A stretch of 39,754 nucleotides of DNA, taken from the sequence record OZ035818.1. One strand, 5' to 3'. The notes below the pieces were generated by a model, which did no database searches, had not been told where the DNA came from, and was given only the letters and a program-made list of their open reading frames with translations. The position numbers were made by a program, and so were the translations under genes. Positions 6,298 to 17,346 of the stretch are shown piece by piece. Origin of the DNA: Kayfunavirus BDX03P1. Position 1 is the first letter of the stretch. Every line of letters begins with the position of its first letter.

Positions 6298-8979
6298 ATG
6301 AGCGTCATCTCTATTGACAAACACGACTTCTCTGATGTGTCAAACGCCATTGAGCCGTTTAACCTGCTGGCCGACCACTACGGGCAAGACCTTGCAGTCA
6401 AACAGCTTCAGCTTGAGCATGAGGCATACACTGAAGGCGAGCGACGTTTCATCAAAAACCTTGAGCGCCAGACTGAGCGAGGGGAACTGGCAGACAATCA
6501 GGTCGCCAAGCCTCTGATGCAGACTCTGGTCCCTAAGATTGCGCAAGCCGTCAGGGAGTGGCATGAAGGTCCAGACGGGAAGCTGTCAACCTCTCGTCCT
6601 AGCGTAGCGTTCACCATGTTGAGCACTGAAGAGAAGGCCGTCAAGGCCCGCTCGCTGCGCATCTCTTGCGAGTCTGCTGCGGTCATCATACTGAAGGTCA
6701 TACTCTCCAAGCTGGTCAAGCCTGAAGGGATACCGATTACACCGATGGCCTCCGCGATAGGTCGCACACTTGAGGACGAAATCCGCTTCGGTCGCATCCG
6801 TGACAAGGAGAAGGAGCACTTCAAGAAGGCGATAGCTGAGAATCTGAACAAGCGAGCTGGGGCATCCTACAAGAAAGCCTATATGCAAGCTGTCGAGACC
6901 TCCATGCTGGAGCAAGGCCAACTGGAAGATGCGTGGGGGACTTGGAGTCCTACAGAGGCTGTCCACGTTGGCATCAAGATGCTTGAGATTGTCATCCAGT
7001 CAACACAACTGGTCGAGCTTAAGCGGTACGGTGCTGGCAATGCAGCGGCTGACGTCGAGATGGTCCACCTGTCAGACTTCTGGGTCAAGAAGATGGCACA
7101 ACGAGGATTCAGCCTTGCGGGTATCGCTCCAGTCTACCAGCCTTGCGTCGTTCCACCTAAGCCGTGGACTGGTGTCGTAGGAGGTGGGTACTGGGCCAAA
7201 GGACGCAGACCACTACCACTGATTCGCTTAGGGTCTAAGTCTGCGGTGGCACGTTATGAAGACGTGTACATGCCTGAAGTCTATGACGCTGTGAATATCA
7301 TCCAGAATACACCTTGGAAAGTTAACAAAAAGGTACTGGAAGTGGTGAACATGGTCGAGAAGCTAAACAACACGCCTATTGATGACATCCCTCAGATGGA
7401 GCCACTGAAGCCTGAAGACTATGCGGGTGAGACTGAAGAGGAACTCAAGGCATGGAAGAAGGCTGCTGCTGGTATCTACCGCCGAGAGAAGGCCCGGCAG
7501 TCACGTAGATTGTCACTGAGCTTTATCGTTAACCAAGCGAACAAGTTCTCTCAGTTCAAGGCCATATGGTTTCCGTACAATATGGACTGGCGCGGTCGTG
7601 TCTACGCTGTTCCGATGTTCAACCCTCAGGGTAACGACATGCAAAAGGGTCTCCTGACTCTGGCAGTCGGTAAGCCTATTGGTGCTGATGGTTTCAAATG
7701 GCTGAAGGTCCACGGTGCAAACTGTGCGGGTATTGATAAAGTAACCTTCGAGGAGCGCATCAAGTGGGTGGAAGATAACCACGACAACATCATGGCTACC
7801 GCTAAGGCACCGATGGACAGCATTGAGTGGTGGGGAAAGTTAGACTCTCCGTTCTGCTTCCTAGCGTTCTGCTTCGAGTATGCTGGCGTAATGCATCACG
7901 GATTGTCTTACTCCTGCTCGCTGCCGATAGCATTCGATGGGTCCTGCTCTGGGATTCAGCACTTTAGCGCAATGCTTCGTGATCACATCGGTGGACATGC
8001 AGTAAACCTGACGCCTTCCGGTAAGGTCCAAGACATCTACCGCATCGTGTCGGACCGCATTGAGGAGGAGCTTAAAGTCCTGCTGGTTAATGGCACGGAC
8101 AACGAGATGGTAACTCACGAGGACAAGAAAACTGGTGAGATTACCGAACGTCTCAAGCTGGGGACACGAGAGCTGGCCCGGCAGTGGCTGACTTACGGTA
8201 TGTCACGCAAGGTCACTAAGCGTTCGGTCATGACTCTGGCCTACGGGTCGAAAGAGTATGGCTTCGCAGACCAAGTTTACGAGGACATCGTTATGCCAGC
8301 GATTGACTCAGGGTCTGGCGCTATGTTCACCGAACCAAGCCAAGCGTCCCGCTTCATGGCTAAGATGATCTGGGAAGCTGTGAGCGTGACCGTAGTTGCT
8401 GCTGTTGACGCGATGAAGTGGCTTCAAGGTGCTGCCAAGCTGCTGGCTGCTGAAGTGAAAGACAAGAAGACTGGAGAAATCCTGAAGCCTTGCCTTCCGG
8501 TACACTGGGTCACACCTGATGGTTTCCCGGTCTGGCAGGAATACCGCAAGAAGGATACCACTCGTCTGAATCTGATGTTCTTAGGGTCATTCAACCTTCA
8601 ACCTACGGTCAACAAAGGTACGAAGAAAGAGCTGGACAAGCACAAGCAGGAGTCAGGCATTAGCCCGAACTTCGTCCACTCACAAGATGGTAGCCACCTA
8701 CGCAAGACTGTAGTCCACACTCACCGTAAGTATGGCGTGATGTCGTTCGCAGTGATTCACGATAGCTTCGGGACCATCCCGGCTGACGCTGAGTATCTGT
8801 TCCGGGGTGTCCGTGAGACGATGGTCGAGACCTACCGCGACAACGATGTGCTGCTTGACTTCTACGAGCAGTTTGAATACCAACTTCATGAGAGCCAGCG
8901 CGACAAGTTGCCTGAGCTTCCGAAGAAAGGTAAACTGAATATCGAGGACATCTTGTCTTCAGACTTTGCATTCGCTTAA
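6298..8979 (+). CDS. DNA-directed RNA polymerase, single-subunit (T7 gp1-like)
   Basis: 893 aa; near-colinear with T7 RNAP (e.g. WFPYNMDWRGRVYAV, FNPQGNDM, FDGSCSGIQHFSAMLRD, HDSFGT, C-terminal FAFA). Confidence 0.97.
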   Translation: MSVISIDKHDFSDVSNAIEPFNLLADHYGQDLAVKQLQLEHEAYTEGERRFIKNLERQTERGELADNQVAKPLMQTLVPKIAQAVREWHEGPDGKLSTSRPSVAFTMLSTEEKAVKARSLRISCESAAVIILKVILSKLVKPEGIPITPMASAIGRTLEDEIRFGRIRDKEKEHFKKAIAENLNKRAGASYKKAYMQAVETSMLEQGQLEDAWGTWSPTEAVHVGIKMLEIVIQSTQLVELKRYGAGNAAADVEMVHLSDFWVKKMAQRGFSLAGIAPVYQPCVVPPKPWTGVVGGGYWAKGRRPLPLIRLGSKSAVARYEDVYMPEVYDAVNIIQNTPWKVNKKVLEVVNMVEKLNNTPIDDIPQMEPLKPEDYAGETEEELKAWKKAAAGIYRREKARQSRRLSLSFIVNQANKFSQFKAIWFPYNMDWRGRVYAVPMFNPQGNDMQKGLLTLAVGKPIGADGFKWLKVHGANCAGIDKVTFEERIKWVEDNHDNIMATAKAPMDSIEWWGKLDSPFCFLAFCFEYAGVMHHGLSYSCSLPIAFDGSCSGIQHFSAMLRDHIGGHAVNLTPSGKVQDIYRIVSDRIEEELKVLLVNGTDNEMVTHEDKKTGEITERLKLGTRELARQWLTYGMSRKVTKRSVMTLAYGSKEYGFADQVYEDIVMPAIDSGSGAMFTEPSQASRFMAKMIWEAVSVTVVAAVDAMKWLQGAAKLLAAEVKDKKTGEILKPCLPVHWVTPDGFPVWQEYRKKDTTRLNLMFLGSFNLQPTVNKGTKKELDKHKQESGISPNFVHSQDGSHLRKTVVHTHRKYGVMSFAVIHDSFGTIPADAEYLFRGVRETMVETYRDNDVLLDFYEQFEYQLHESQRDKLPELPKKGKLNIEDILSSDFAFA

Positions 8980-8993
8980 CAGGAGAGAGAGTT

Positions 8994-9209
8994 ATGAAAT
9001 TCGCACACAAGCAGACGGGCGTTAATGGTGGGACTCAAATCGTGACCGTAACGGAACACAACGGCAAGGGTCTGGTGAAGACCACTGTCATCCCAACTAA
9101 GATGTCCAAGCAGCTTAACATTCCGTTCAAGACTCTTGTATATCTGGTCGAGTCCAGCCACGAGAAGTACCTGAAGGACGTAGTGTCCAAGCTGGAGCAG
9201 ACCAAATGA
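8994..9209 (+). CDS. hypothetical protein
   Basis: 71-aa ORF with GGAGAG RBS immediately after RNAP; no recognisable motif. Confidence 0.45.
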   Translation: MKFAHKQTGVNGGTQIVTVTEHNGKGLVKTTVIPTKMSKQLNIPFKTLVYLVESSHEKYLKDVVSKLEQTK

Positions 9210-9284
9210 CAGACCTACAGTTACTGGCCTTGTGGCTGGGAGCACTCGCAATATTCACTTTAATCCAACGCAGAAGAGGTTAAC

Positions 9285-9307
9285 CCTAAACTATCACTAT
9301 AGGATTA
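9285..9307 (+). promoter_or_regulatory. phage RNAP promoter (phi1.1-like)
   Basis: ctaaactatcactataggatta; followed by the conserved hairpin element. Confidence 0.65.
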
Positions 9308-9350
9308 GACTCAAGGTCATGACTCAAAGTCGTGGCCTTCATGATTAACC
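9305..9350 (+). promoter_or_regulatory. conserved hairpin, probable RNase III site (R1.1 position)
   Basis: ttagactcaaggtcatgactcaaagtcgtggccttcatgattaacc; second copy of the element at 306-350. Confidence 0.45.
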
Positions 9351-9380
9351 CTAAATAAACACTACTGGAGATTTAACCGT

Positions 9381-9560
9381 ATGTATCAGAACACTATCAA
9401 CTTCGAGCGCATCCGTGAACGTCAGCAGACTGAAGGCTACATCCCGAAGGGCCGCAAGCTGAACAAGACTAAGCGTGGCGGTGGTGTCAAAGGCGCTTTC
9501 CGTAATGCTGAAGGTAAAGACTCTCTGGTCAACAAAGAGAAGTATTTCTTAGGAGCGTAA
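9381..9560 (+). CDS. gp1.1-like small basic protein
   Basis: 59-codon ORF; KGRKLNKTKR motif as in T7 gp1.1. Confidence 0.6.
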   Translation: MYQNTINFERIRERQQTEGYIPKGRKLNKTKRGGGVKGAFRNAEGKDSLVNKEKYFLGA

Positions 9561-9562
9561 AC

Positions 9563-9850
9563 ATGGGCATGTTCTCAAGAGCACATAGTGGCAACCTGAA
9601 CACTCTGCGCCACGCCATACACAACTGGCAGTCTGAGACTGACTACAATGCAGTGGTGAGCACTTGGTTTGACACGGCGATGCAAAGACATTGCGTCCGT
9701 GCGGCAATCGTCCACGTCCACACACGAGAGGTCCTTATTGCGAAGGACTTCACGGATTATCCGAATATCCGCGACGAAGATGTGCAGACCGTAACGGTCG
9801 CCACTTGGTTCAACAAACAGTTCAACGACTACACAGGTCGCTTCCTTTAA
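9563..9850 (+). CDS. gp1.2-like protein (T7 gp1.2 inhibits host dGTPase)
   Basis: 95 aa; position and loose similarity to T7 gp1.2 (N-terminal MG..SGNL, conserved Trp and DEDV); function inferred from T7. Confidence 0.55.
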   Translation: MGMFSRAHSGNLNTLRHAIHNWQSETDYNAVVSTWFDTAMQRHCVRAAIVHVHTREVLIAKDFTDYPNIRDEDVQTVTVATWFNKQFNDYTGRFL

Positions 9851-9851
9851 T

Positions 9852-10988
9852 TTGGAGACATTAACAATGACAACTATCAAAACTAACCCGCACCGCGCTG
9901 TAGATTACTCTGAGTCTGGCATTAAGAAGGCACTGGAAGCAGCCGGGTCTCTGGAAGCTGAAGTGAAGTACGATGGTGTGCGCCTGAATCTCCCAGTCTT
10001 CCCGACAGGCGAGACCCAGTGGTTGAGCCGAGAGTCCAAGCCTCTCCCAGCCCTTGAGTGGCTATCAGTCCTGACAAACATCGACAACATCGTGGAAGAC
10101 CAGCAGAAGGCTAGCGACTGGCGCTGGTTCCTGAAGCAGGCTGGCTACGAAGGTACTGGCCTGATGATTGACGGTGAGGTCATGGTAAAAGGTGTGGACT
10201 TCAATACGTCCTCAGGTCTCATCCGAACGAAGTACCGAGACTTCAAGAACCATAAGTTCGCAGTGGGTGGGACCACTACAGACCGTAAGTCTCGAAAGGA
10301 GCTGTTCAACCTGAAGCAGGAGCACATTCAAGTAGTCGTCTACGGTGTAATCGACCTTAACGTCATCCTCGACCCGAAAGCAGAAGGTCCTATCCATAGC
10401 GTCACACGCCTGAAGGCCGAAGCTATCGTCCCTCTCCTCCAGAAATACTTCCCGGAAATTGACTGGGTTCTGTCTGAGTCACACACGGTCTATGACCTTG
10501 AGTCGCTCAACTCCCTGTACGAAGAGAAGCGTCTGGAAGGACATGAGGGTCTGGTAGTCAAGGACCCACTGGGTAAGTGGAAGCGTGGTAAGAAGTCAGG
10601 CATGTGGAAAATGAAGAATGATGATACCATTGACGGTATTGTGGTCGGACTAAATTGGGGGACTGAAGGTCTCGCCAACGAAGGTAAGGTTATTGGATTC
10701 GACGTACTGCTTGAGAACGGTATGGTAGTTGCTGCTAATAATATCTCTCAGGCTCTGATGGATGAGTTCACCGAAGCGGTTGAAGCAGAACGTGCCTATA
10801 TTTGGAATGAATGCATGACTGATACTGAGCGGGAAGAATGTGGTGAGGAATGTCTTGAGGATGTGAACCCCTACAAAGGACATCAATGCGAAGTCTCCTA
10901 CATGGAGATGACACCAGATGGTTCATTACGTCACCCTAGCTTCAAGTGCTGGCGAGGGACGGAAGATAACCCGACCATTAAGAGCTAA
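9852..10988 (+). CDS. ATP-dependent DNA ligase (T7 gp1.3-like)
   Basis: 378 aa; adenylation motif KYDGVR (AEVKYDGVRLNL). Confidence 0.9.
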   Translation: METLTMTTIKTNPHRAVDYSESGIKKALEAAGSLEAEVKYDGVRLNLPVFPTGETQWLSRESKPLPALEWLSVLTNIDNIVEDQQKASDWRWFLKQAGYEGTGLMIDGEVMVKGVDFNTSSGLIRTKYRDFKNHKFAVGGTTTDRKSRKELFNLKQEHIQVVVYGVIDLNVILDPKAEGPIHSVTRLKAEAIVPLLQKYFPEIDWVLSESHTVYDLESLNSLYEEKRLEGHEGLVVKDPLGKWKRGKKSGMWKMKNDDTIDGIVVGLNWGTEGLANEGKVIGFDVLLENGMVVAANNISQALMDEFTEAVEAERAYIWNECMTDTEREECGEECLEDVNPYKGHQCEVSYMEMTPDGSLRHPSFKCWRGTEDNPTIKS

Positions 10989-10996
10989 CTAAGTGT

Positions 10997-11031
10997 CAAC
11001 CCAGTGGTCTTCGGACTGCTGGGTTTCTTTG
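10997..11031 (+). terminator. possible intrinsic terminator (TE-like, after ligase)
   Basis: acccag...ctgggt stem with ttcgg loop region followed by tttcttt. Confidence 0.4.
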
Positions 11032-11052
11032 CGTCTGGGCCACCAGCTAGAC

Positions 11053-11075
11053 CCTAAGCTATCACTATAGGACAA
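11053..11075 (+). promoter_or_regulatory. phage RNAP promoter
   Basis: cctaagctatcactataggacaa. Confidence 0.6.
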
Positions 11076-11099
11076 CCATCAACAACCTAAGGAGACTCT

Positions 11100-11360
11100 A
11101 TGTCTAAGAACTTAATGTTCAACCGCTATTCCAGTACCTTCCACCTGTCCAACAACCCGTTCGCTTGCATTAAGCGCAACGAGAAGCTTGGCTACTTCGG
11201 GAAGGCCGTTAAGCTGTCACCTACAGTATTCGCTATGATTACTCCAGGAAAAGCTGAAGAGGCTCGCCAGAAGCGTGAGACCAATGTACCCGTGGTCTAC
11301 ACTAAGTGGCCCCGCGTTCGTCTGTTCGTTGAGTTTGTGAAGGAGATGATCAATGATTAA
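11100..11360 (+). CDS. hypothetical protein (gp1.6 position)
   Basis: 86-aa ORF with GGAGAC RBS after promoter. Confidence 0.5.
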   Translation: MSKNLMFNRYSSTFHLSNNPFACIKRNEKLGYFGKAVKLSPTVFAMITPGKAEEARQKRETNVPVVYTKWPRVRLFVEFVKEMIND

Positions 11361-11796
11361 GGTGGGGGATACAGTTAACTATGTTGGACCAGTTGAAGCC
11401 CACACGGGACGCTCCTGTGGCAAGGTGATAGTGGTTAAGAATGAGCATGTAGCTGTTGTTAAGTGGCCCCGTTTATCTGAACCACTCACTCACTCCATTA
11501 GTTCCTTAAGTATTACCAAGCAGGCGCAGTCCGAGCCGACAACCATAGGTCAGGAAGATAGCGTCCGTAAGCCATCTCACTATCAGGTCTTTGACGGTGT
11601 GGAGTCCATTGAGATTATCGCTCGGTCCATGACTGTCAGTGAGTTCCGTGGATTCTGCATGGGTAACGTCCTTAAGTATCGACTCCGGGCTGGTAAGAAG
11701 TCAGAGCTAGCAACTATGGAGAAGGACCTAAACAAAGCGGCCTTCTATCAGGAGCTGTTCGACCTGCATAAAGGTAAGTGCTATGACTCCAAGTAG
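11353..11796 (+). CDS. DUF3310-like phage protein (gp1.7 region)
   Basis: 147 aa; C-terminal PSHYQVFDGVESIEIIA...FCMGNVLKYRLRAGKK resembles the DUF3310 family as I recall it. Confidence 0.5.
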   Translation: MIKVGDTVNYVGPVEAHTGRSCGKVIVVKNEHVAVVKWPRLSEPLTHSISSLSITKQAQSEPTTIGQEDSVRKPSHYQVFDGVESIEIIARSMTVSEFRGFCMGNVLKYRLRAGKKSELATMEKDLNKAAFYQELFDLHKGKCYDSK

Positions 11797-11874
11797 CTGG
11801 TGCTTTAGACAGTGGGTCTCAACCGGGAATGTGGACTACCTGTCCATGTACCATATGTGGAAGGAGAAAGGGCT

Positions 11875-12033
11875 ATGAGCCTTGAAGAAAAGAAGTACAT
11901 CGTGGAGCTTGAGGGTCGCGTTCAATCCTTCGAGATTCCGGTGTACGCAAAGTCTCTTGAAGAGGCTACCATGAAGTCCCAAGAGTATGAGGACGCTGGG
12001 TTTGTGGTCGGACGGATTCGTCCTGAGACCTAA
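11875..12033 (+). CDS. host RNA polymerase inhibitor (T7 gp2-like)
   Basis: [14 protein letters not shown]...[10 protein letters not shown] parallels T7 gp2 SFEVPIYAETLDEA...AGFEVTRVRP; start at ATG 11875 with GGAGAAAGGG RBS rather than ORF-track 11812. Confidence 0.7.
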   Translation: MSLEEKKYIVELEGRVQSFEIPVYAKSLEEATMKSQEYEDAGFVVGRIRPET

Positions 12034-12051
12034 ACTATCACTGTAGGACAG
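12029..12051 (+). promoter_or_regulatory. phage RNAP promoter (variant CACTGTAGG)
   Basis: cctaaactatcactgtaggacag; A-to-G at -2 relative to consensus. Confidence 0.55.
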
Positions 12052-12090
12052 ACGTCCAGTTCGTAACTTTAAATTAGGAGATTTACACCG

Positions 12091-12789
12091 ATGGCTAAAG
12101 AGCAACTGAAGACTTTCACCACTCCGGTAGCTGGTATCGTTGAGCCTTACGCATGGCTGAACAAAGCAGACACCAAGTTTAACGAGCGTGGTGAGCATAA
12201 GGTTAACCTGACTTTCAATCTGGATGACCCGAAGGTCCGTAAGATGATTGATGTCTTACAGAAGATTCACGACGATGCGTATGCGAAAGCACTCGCAGAC
12301 CACGAGAAGAACCCGCCTCAGGTTCAGCGTGGCAAGAAGCCTATCGAGCCGCGTGAAGGCGATATGCCGTGGATTGAGAATGGTGACGGTACTGTTACCC
12401 TGAAGTTTAAATGCTTTGCGTCTTACCTTAAAGACGGCAAGTCAGAGCCTATCGTATTACGGTTCTACGACACCGATGCTAAACTCATCCGTGACGTCCC
12501 GAATATTGGCGCTGGGTCTAAGCTGAAGGTCAAGTTTAAAGTCCTGCCTTTTAAGTGGAACGCTGCGACTGGTGCAAGCGTTAAGCTCCAGCTTGAGTCC
12601 TGCCTTCTGGTAGAACTGAAGGAGTGGAAAGGTGATGGTGCTGGTGGCGATGGTGGCTGGGGTGATGATGAAGACATCGGTACTGGATACAAAGCGTCAA
12701 CTGACGGTGACTTCGGGTCTGATGACTTCGGTGACGATGGTTCCGAAGGTGGTGACGACTCCGGCTCTGGTGGCGATTACGATTTCTAA
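12091..12789 (+). CDS. single-stranded DNA-binding protein (T7 gp2.5-like)
   Basis: 232 aa; AGSKLKVKFKVLPFKWNAATGASVKLQLES and acidic C-terminal tail ending DYDF. Confidence 0.9.
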   Translation: MAKEQLKTFTTPVAGIVEPYAWLNKADTKFNERGEHKVNLTFNLDDPKVRKMIDVLQKIHDDAYAKALADHEKNPPQVQRGKKPIEPREGDMPWIENGDGTVTLKFKCFASYLKDGKSEPIVLRFYDTDAKLIRDVPNIGAGSKLKVKFKVLPFKWNAATGASVKLQLESCLLVELKEWKGDGAGGDGGWGDDEDIGTGYKASTDGDFGSDDFGDDGSEGGDDSGSGGDYDF

Positions 12790-13244
12790 TGGCCCAATGG
12801 TCTGCAAAACGGGGGCACTCTGTGGGTGCCTACCGCTCTGGACTTGAAGCCAAGAACCAGCAGTGGCTGGAACAGAATGGCGTCAAAGCGGAGTACGAAA
12901 GCCATTATATCAACTATGTGATTCCGGCTTCCGACCACAAGTACACACCAGACTTTATCCTTCCCAACGGCATCATCGTGGAGACCAAAGGTATCTTCGA
13001 TAGTGAGGACCGTAAGAAGCACCTTCTGGTACGAGAACAGCACCCAGAGTTAGACATCCGGTTCGTGTTCTCAAGTTCCCGCTCCAAGCTATACAAAGGG
13101 TCCCCGACCACGTATGGGGCATGGTGCGAAAAGAACGGCTTTAAGTTTGCCGACAAGTTTATCCCGGTTGAGTGGCTGCGAGAGGCGACTGTACGTCTGC
13201 CTTCCGGTATACTCATCCCCAAGAAGAAAGGAGCTAAGAAATGA
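12789..13244 (+). CDS. endonuclease I, Holliday-junction resolvase (T7 gp3-like)
   Basis: 151 aa; YTPDFILPNGIIVETKG, KKHLLVREQHPELDIRFVFSSSRSKLYKGSPTTYG match T7 gp3. Confidence 0.9.
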   Translation: MAQWSAKRGHSVGAYRSGLEAKNQQWLEQNGVKAEYESHYINYVIPASDHKYTPDFILPNGIIVETKGIFDSEDRKKHLLVREQHPELDIRFVFSSSRSKLYKGSPTTYGAWCEKNGFKFADKFIPVEWLREATVRLPSGILIPKKKGAKK

Positions 13245-13696
13245 CTACCTGTAAAGACCTTGAAGTTGGAACACGTTACAGATTCTCAAAGAACACCATG
13301 CTGAATAACCCCCAATTCACTGATGCTGTTTTCGAAAAGCGAGAAGACCATAGCGTAATTGTGGAGAAGGGATGGCATCCTGAGGATTACATCGGTGAGA
13401 CTACCAGCTGGAATGGTCACGAGACCTACAGTGTAGAAGTTGTTGAACAGCCTCAGGTCCTGCCAGCTTCGAGCATACCGCCTGTGACTGTGAAGCGTGA
13501 AGTCCTGACCATCGACAAGATTGGTGTAGGCCAGACGTTCATCGTCCACGGAAAGCCTGAAGAAGTTTACGTGAAGATTAGCAACTCACACGTCTTCAAC
13601 CATAAGCGTCTCCAGATGCACACCACGGACGCACAACGCTTCACCCAGCACCTGAATCTGGTTGTCGTAGAATTGGTGGTGTACAATGGTAAGTAA
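13241..13696 (+). CDS. hypothetical protein inserted between endonuclease I and lysozyme
   Basis: 151-aa ORF, overlapping start and end with flanking genes; no T7 gene at this position. Confidence 0.6.
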   Translation: MTTCKDLEVGTRYRFSKNTMLNNPQFTDAVFEKREDHSVIVEKGWHPEDYIGETTSWNGHETYSVEVVEQPQVLPASSIPPVTVKREVLTIDKIGVGQTFIVHGKPEEVYVKISNSHVFNHKRLQMHTTDAQRFTQHLNLVVVELVVYNGK

Positions 13697-14144
13697 GGTA
13701 CAGTTCAACCAACGGTCCCGGACTGACGCTATCTTCGTCCACTGTTCGGCTACCAAGCCAGAGATGGACATCGGGGTAGAGACCATCCGTATGTGGCACA
13801 AGCAGCAAGGCTGGCTGGACGTAGGCTACCACTTTATCATCAGGCGAGATGGTACTGTGGAAGAGGGTCGCCCGGTCAATGTCGTAGGGTCACACGTTAA
13901 GGACTGGAACTCACGGTCTGTAGGCGTCTGCCTTGTAGGTGGAATTGACGCTAATGGCAAGTTTGAAGCTAACTTCACTCCGGCCCAGATGAACTCCCTG
14001 CGCAACAAGCTGGCTGACCTGAAGTCCCTATATCCTCAGGCAGAAATCAAAGCACATCATGATGTAGCACCAAAGGCGTGTCCAAGTTTCGACTTACAGC
14101 GCTGGTTGTCTACCAACGAACTGGTCACTTCAGACCGAGGCTAG
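13686..14144 (+). CDS. N-acetylmuramoyl-L-alanine amidase / T7 lysozyme (gp3.5-like)
   Basis: 152 aa; DAIFVHCSATKP, WLDVGYHFII, HHDVAPKACPSFDL match T7 lysozyme. Confidence 0.9.
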   Translation: MVSKVQFNQRSRTDAIFVHCSATKPEMDIGVETIRMWHKQQGWLDVGYHFIIRRDGTVEEGRPVNVVGSHVKDWNSRSVGVCLVGGIDANGKFEANFTPAQMNSLRNKLADLKSLYPQAEIKAHHDVAPKACPSFDLQRWLSTNELVTSDRG

Positions 14145-14160
14145 CATAAGGAGGCATTAT

Positions 14161-14352
14161 ATGTGCAACTTAACGCAACTAATTCGCATCGCAATGATTC
14201 AGAACCAAGTGAGAAACTACGCGTATCTGGACCTGATGCGGGTACTTCAGGTTGATAAGCCTACAGTAAAGAAACTTGTTCTTGCGTGGATGTATCGCGC
14301 AACTGAAGAAAACCTACATAACATACTCAAAGGAGAACAACTCAATGATTAA
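14161..14352 (+). CDS. hypothetical protein
   Basis: 63-aa ORF with AGGAGG RBS. Confidence 0.4.
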   Translation: MCNLTQLIRIAMIQNQVRNYAYLDLMRVLQVDKPTVKKLVLAWMYRATEENLHNILKGEQLND

Positions 14353-14560
14353 ACTTATCGAATTTCTTGGTCGTCTGGTGGTGCGTGGTTATCGTCGTGC
14401 TGCGGTTATTGAACGAAAGGTAGCAGAGAAGACTGCTGACGGTGCGGCTGATGCTGCTGCTCTGGCTGACAAGCTGACCATCGCGTCACTGGAAGCTGGC
14501 ATGAAGGCACGTCAGGCTGACACCAAAGCTGACCAGTTGTCTCAGTTCTTCAAAGCCTAA
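14345..14560 (+). CDS. hypothetical protein (Ala-rich, predicted helical)
   Basis: 71 aa from ATG 14345 (in frame with ORF-track 14276-14560), ATGATTAA overlap with upstream stop. Confidence 0.4.
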   Translation: MIKLIEFLGRLVVRGYRRAAVIERKVAEKTADGAADAAALADKLTIASLEAGMKARQADTKADQLSQFFKA

Positions 14561-14578
14561 ACTATCACCTTAGGGATG
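14556..14578 (+). promoter_or_regulatory. phage RNAP promoter-like sequence, divergent (CACCTTAGGG)
   Basis: ctaaactatcaccttagggatg; two mismatches at -4/-3. Confidence 0.35.
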
Positions 14579-14628
14579 GGACCACGAGTCCTGTCCCTTT
14601 GTTCGCATTTGTGATTAAGGAGTGACCA

Positions 14629-16666
<2,038 letters not shown>

Positions 16667-16708
16667 TCGGGACATCGCTGACTATAAGAATTTTACGGAG
16701 GACCGTTA

Positions 16709-16873
16709 GTGTTAAAGAAACTTAAAGCCCGCTACCACAGGTTCATGTACAAATGGTGGAGCGATGAAGCAACCTGCCTGTCCAACATTCTGGGAGACCA
16801 GCGGTTCAACTCTGAGGCATGGAAGAAAGCTAACCGGAAGTTCATGTATCACTTCTTGCGTACAGACTACTAA
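16709..16873 (+). CDS. small hypothetical protein (GTG start)
   Basis: 54 codons from GTG with GGAGGA RBS; weak. Confidence 0.3.
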   Translation: MLKKLKARYHRFMYKWWSDEATCLSNILGDQRFNSEAWKKANRKFMYHFLRTDY

Positions 16874-16891
16874 GCTATCACTGTAGGATAG
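16869..16891 (+). promoter_or_regulatory. phage RNAP promoter (variant CACTGTAGG)
   Basis: ctaagctatcactgtaggatag. Confidence 0.55.
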
Positions 16892-16931
16892 ACTCAAGGT
16901 CATTCACTTCGAGTGGCCTTTATGATTAGAC
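16888..16931 (+). promoter_or_regulatory. conserved hairpin, probable RNase III site (R4.7 position)
   Basis: atagactcaaggtcattcacttcgagtggcctttatgattagac; inner stem CACT/AGTG differs from other copies while outer arms are conserved. Confidence 0.45.
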
Positions 16932-16944
16932 TATAGGAGACATT

Positions 16945-17346
16945 ATGATTGACTGTATTGAGTGGACCGGGTGCCGAGATAAGTTCGGCTATGGCATGCG
17001 TAGGGTCAATGGGAAAGTCCGTAGGCTACATCTCATAGCGTATGAGGAAGCTAATGGTCCAATACCAAAGGGACTGGTTGTCCGTCATAAGTGTGACAAC
17101 CCGTCATGTTATAACCCTGATCACCTAGAGCTTGGGACACGAGCTGATAACGTTAAGGACCTGGATGTCCGTGGACGTACAGCAAAGGGTGTAAAAGTGG
17201 GATGCGCCAAGTTGACACCTGAAATTGTAGCCGAGGCTAAGAGATTGTACGCTTCTGGTGAATGGACTCACCGCTCTCTGGGAGAGAAATACGGCGTAGG
17301 GCATAGGACAATAGCCCGAGCGATTGGAGGTGCTACATGGATTTAA
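16945..17346 (+). CDS. HNH homing endonuclease (HNH_3-type with C-terminal HTH)
   Basis: 133 aa; CxxC...HKCDNPSCYNPDHLELGTRADN; C-terminal helix-turn-helix-like segment; sits immediately before DNA polymerase. Confidence 0.85.
   Translation: MIDCIEWTGCRDKFGYGMRRVNGKVRRLHLIAYEEANGPIPKGLVVRHKCDNPSCYNPDHLELGTRADNVKDLDVRGRTAKGVKVGCAKLTPEIVAEAKRLYASGEWTHRSLGEKYGVGHRTIARAIGGATWI

Noticed and set aside
6314-8118. Alternative-frame + strand ORFs inside the RNAP gene (6314-6517, 6929-7180) and elsewhere inside large genes (e.g. 1464-1655, 2286-2504, 25861-26064)
   Set aside because: Embedded in out-of-frame positions of strongly supported genes, with no RBS and biased low-complexity composition.
9207-9284. 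25-codon hydrophobic ORF (MTDLQLLALWLGALAIFTLIQRRRG) overlapping the end of ORF 8994-9209
   Set aside because: Very short, no clear RBS; could be real but evidence is insufficient to call.
12632-12789. Gly/Asp-rich low-complexity stretch at the SSB C-terminus and acidic runs in the scaffold gene (24200-24400)
   Set aside because: These are the expected acidic tails of gp2.5 and gp9, not repeats or a separate element.
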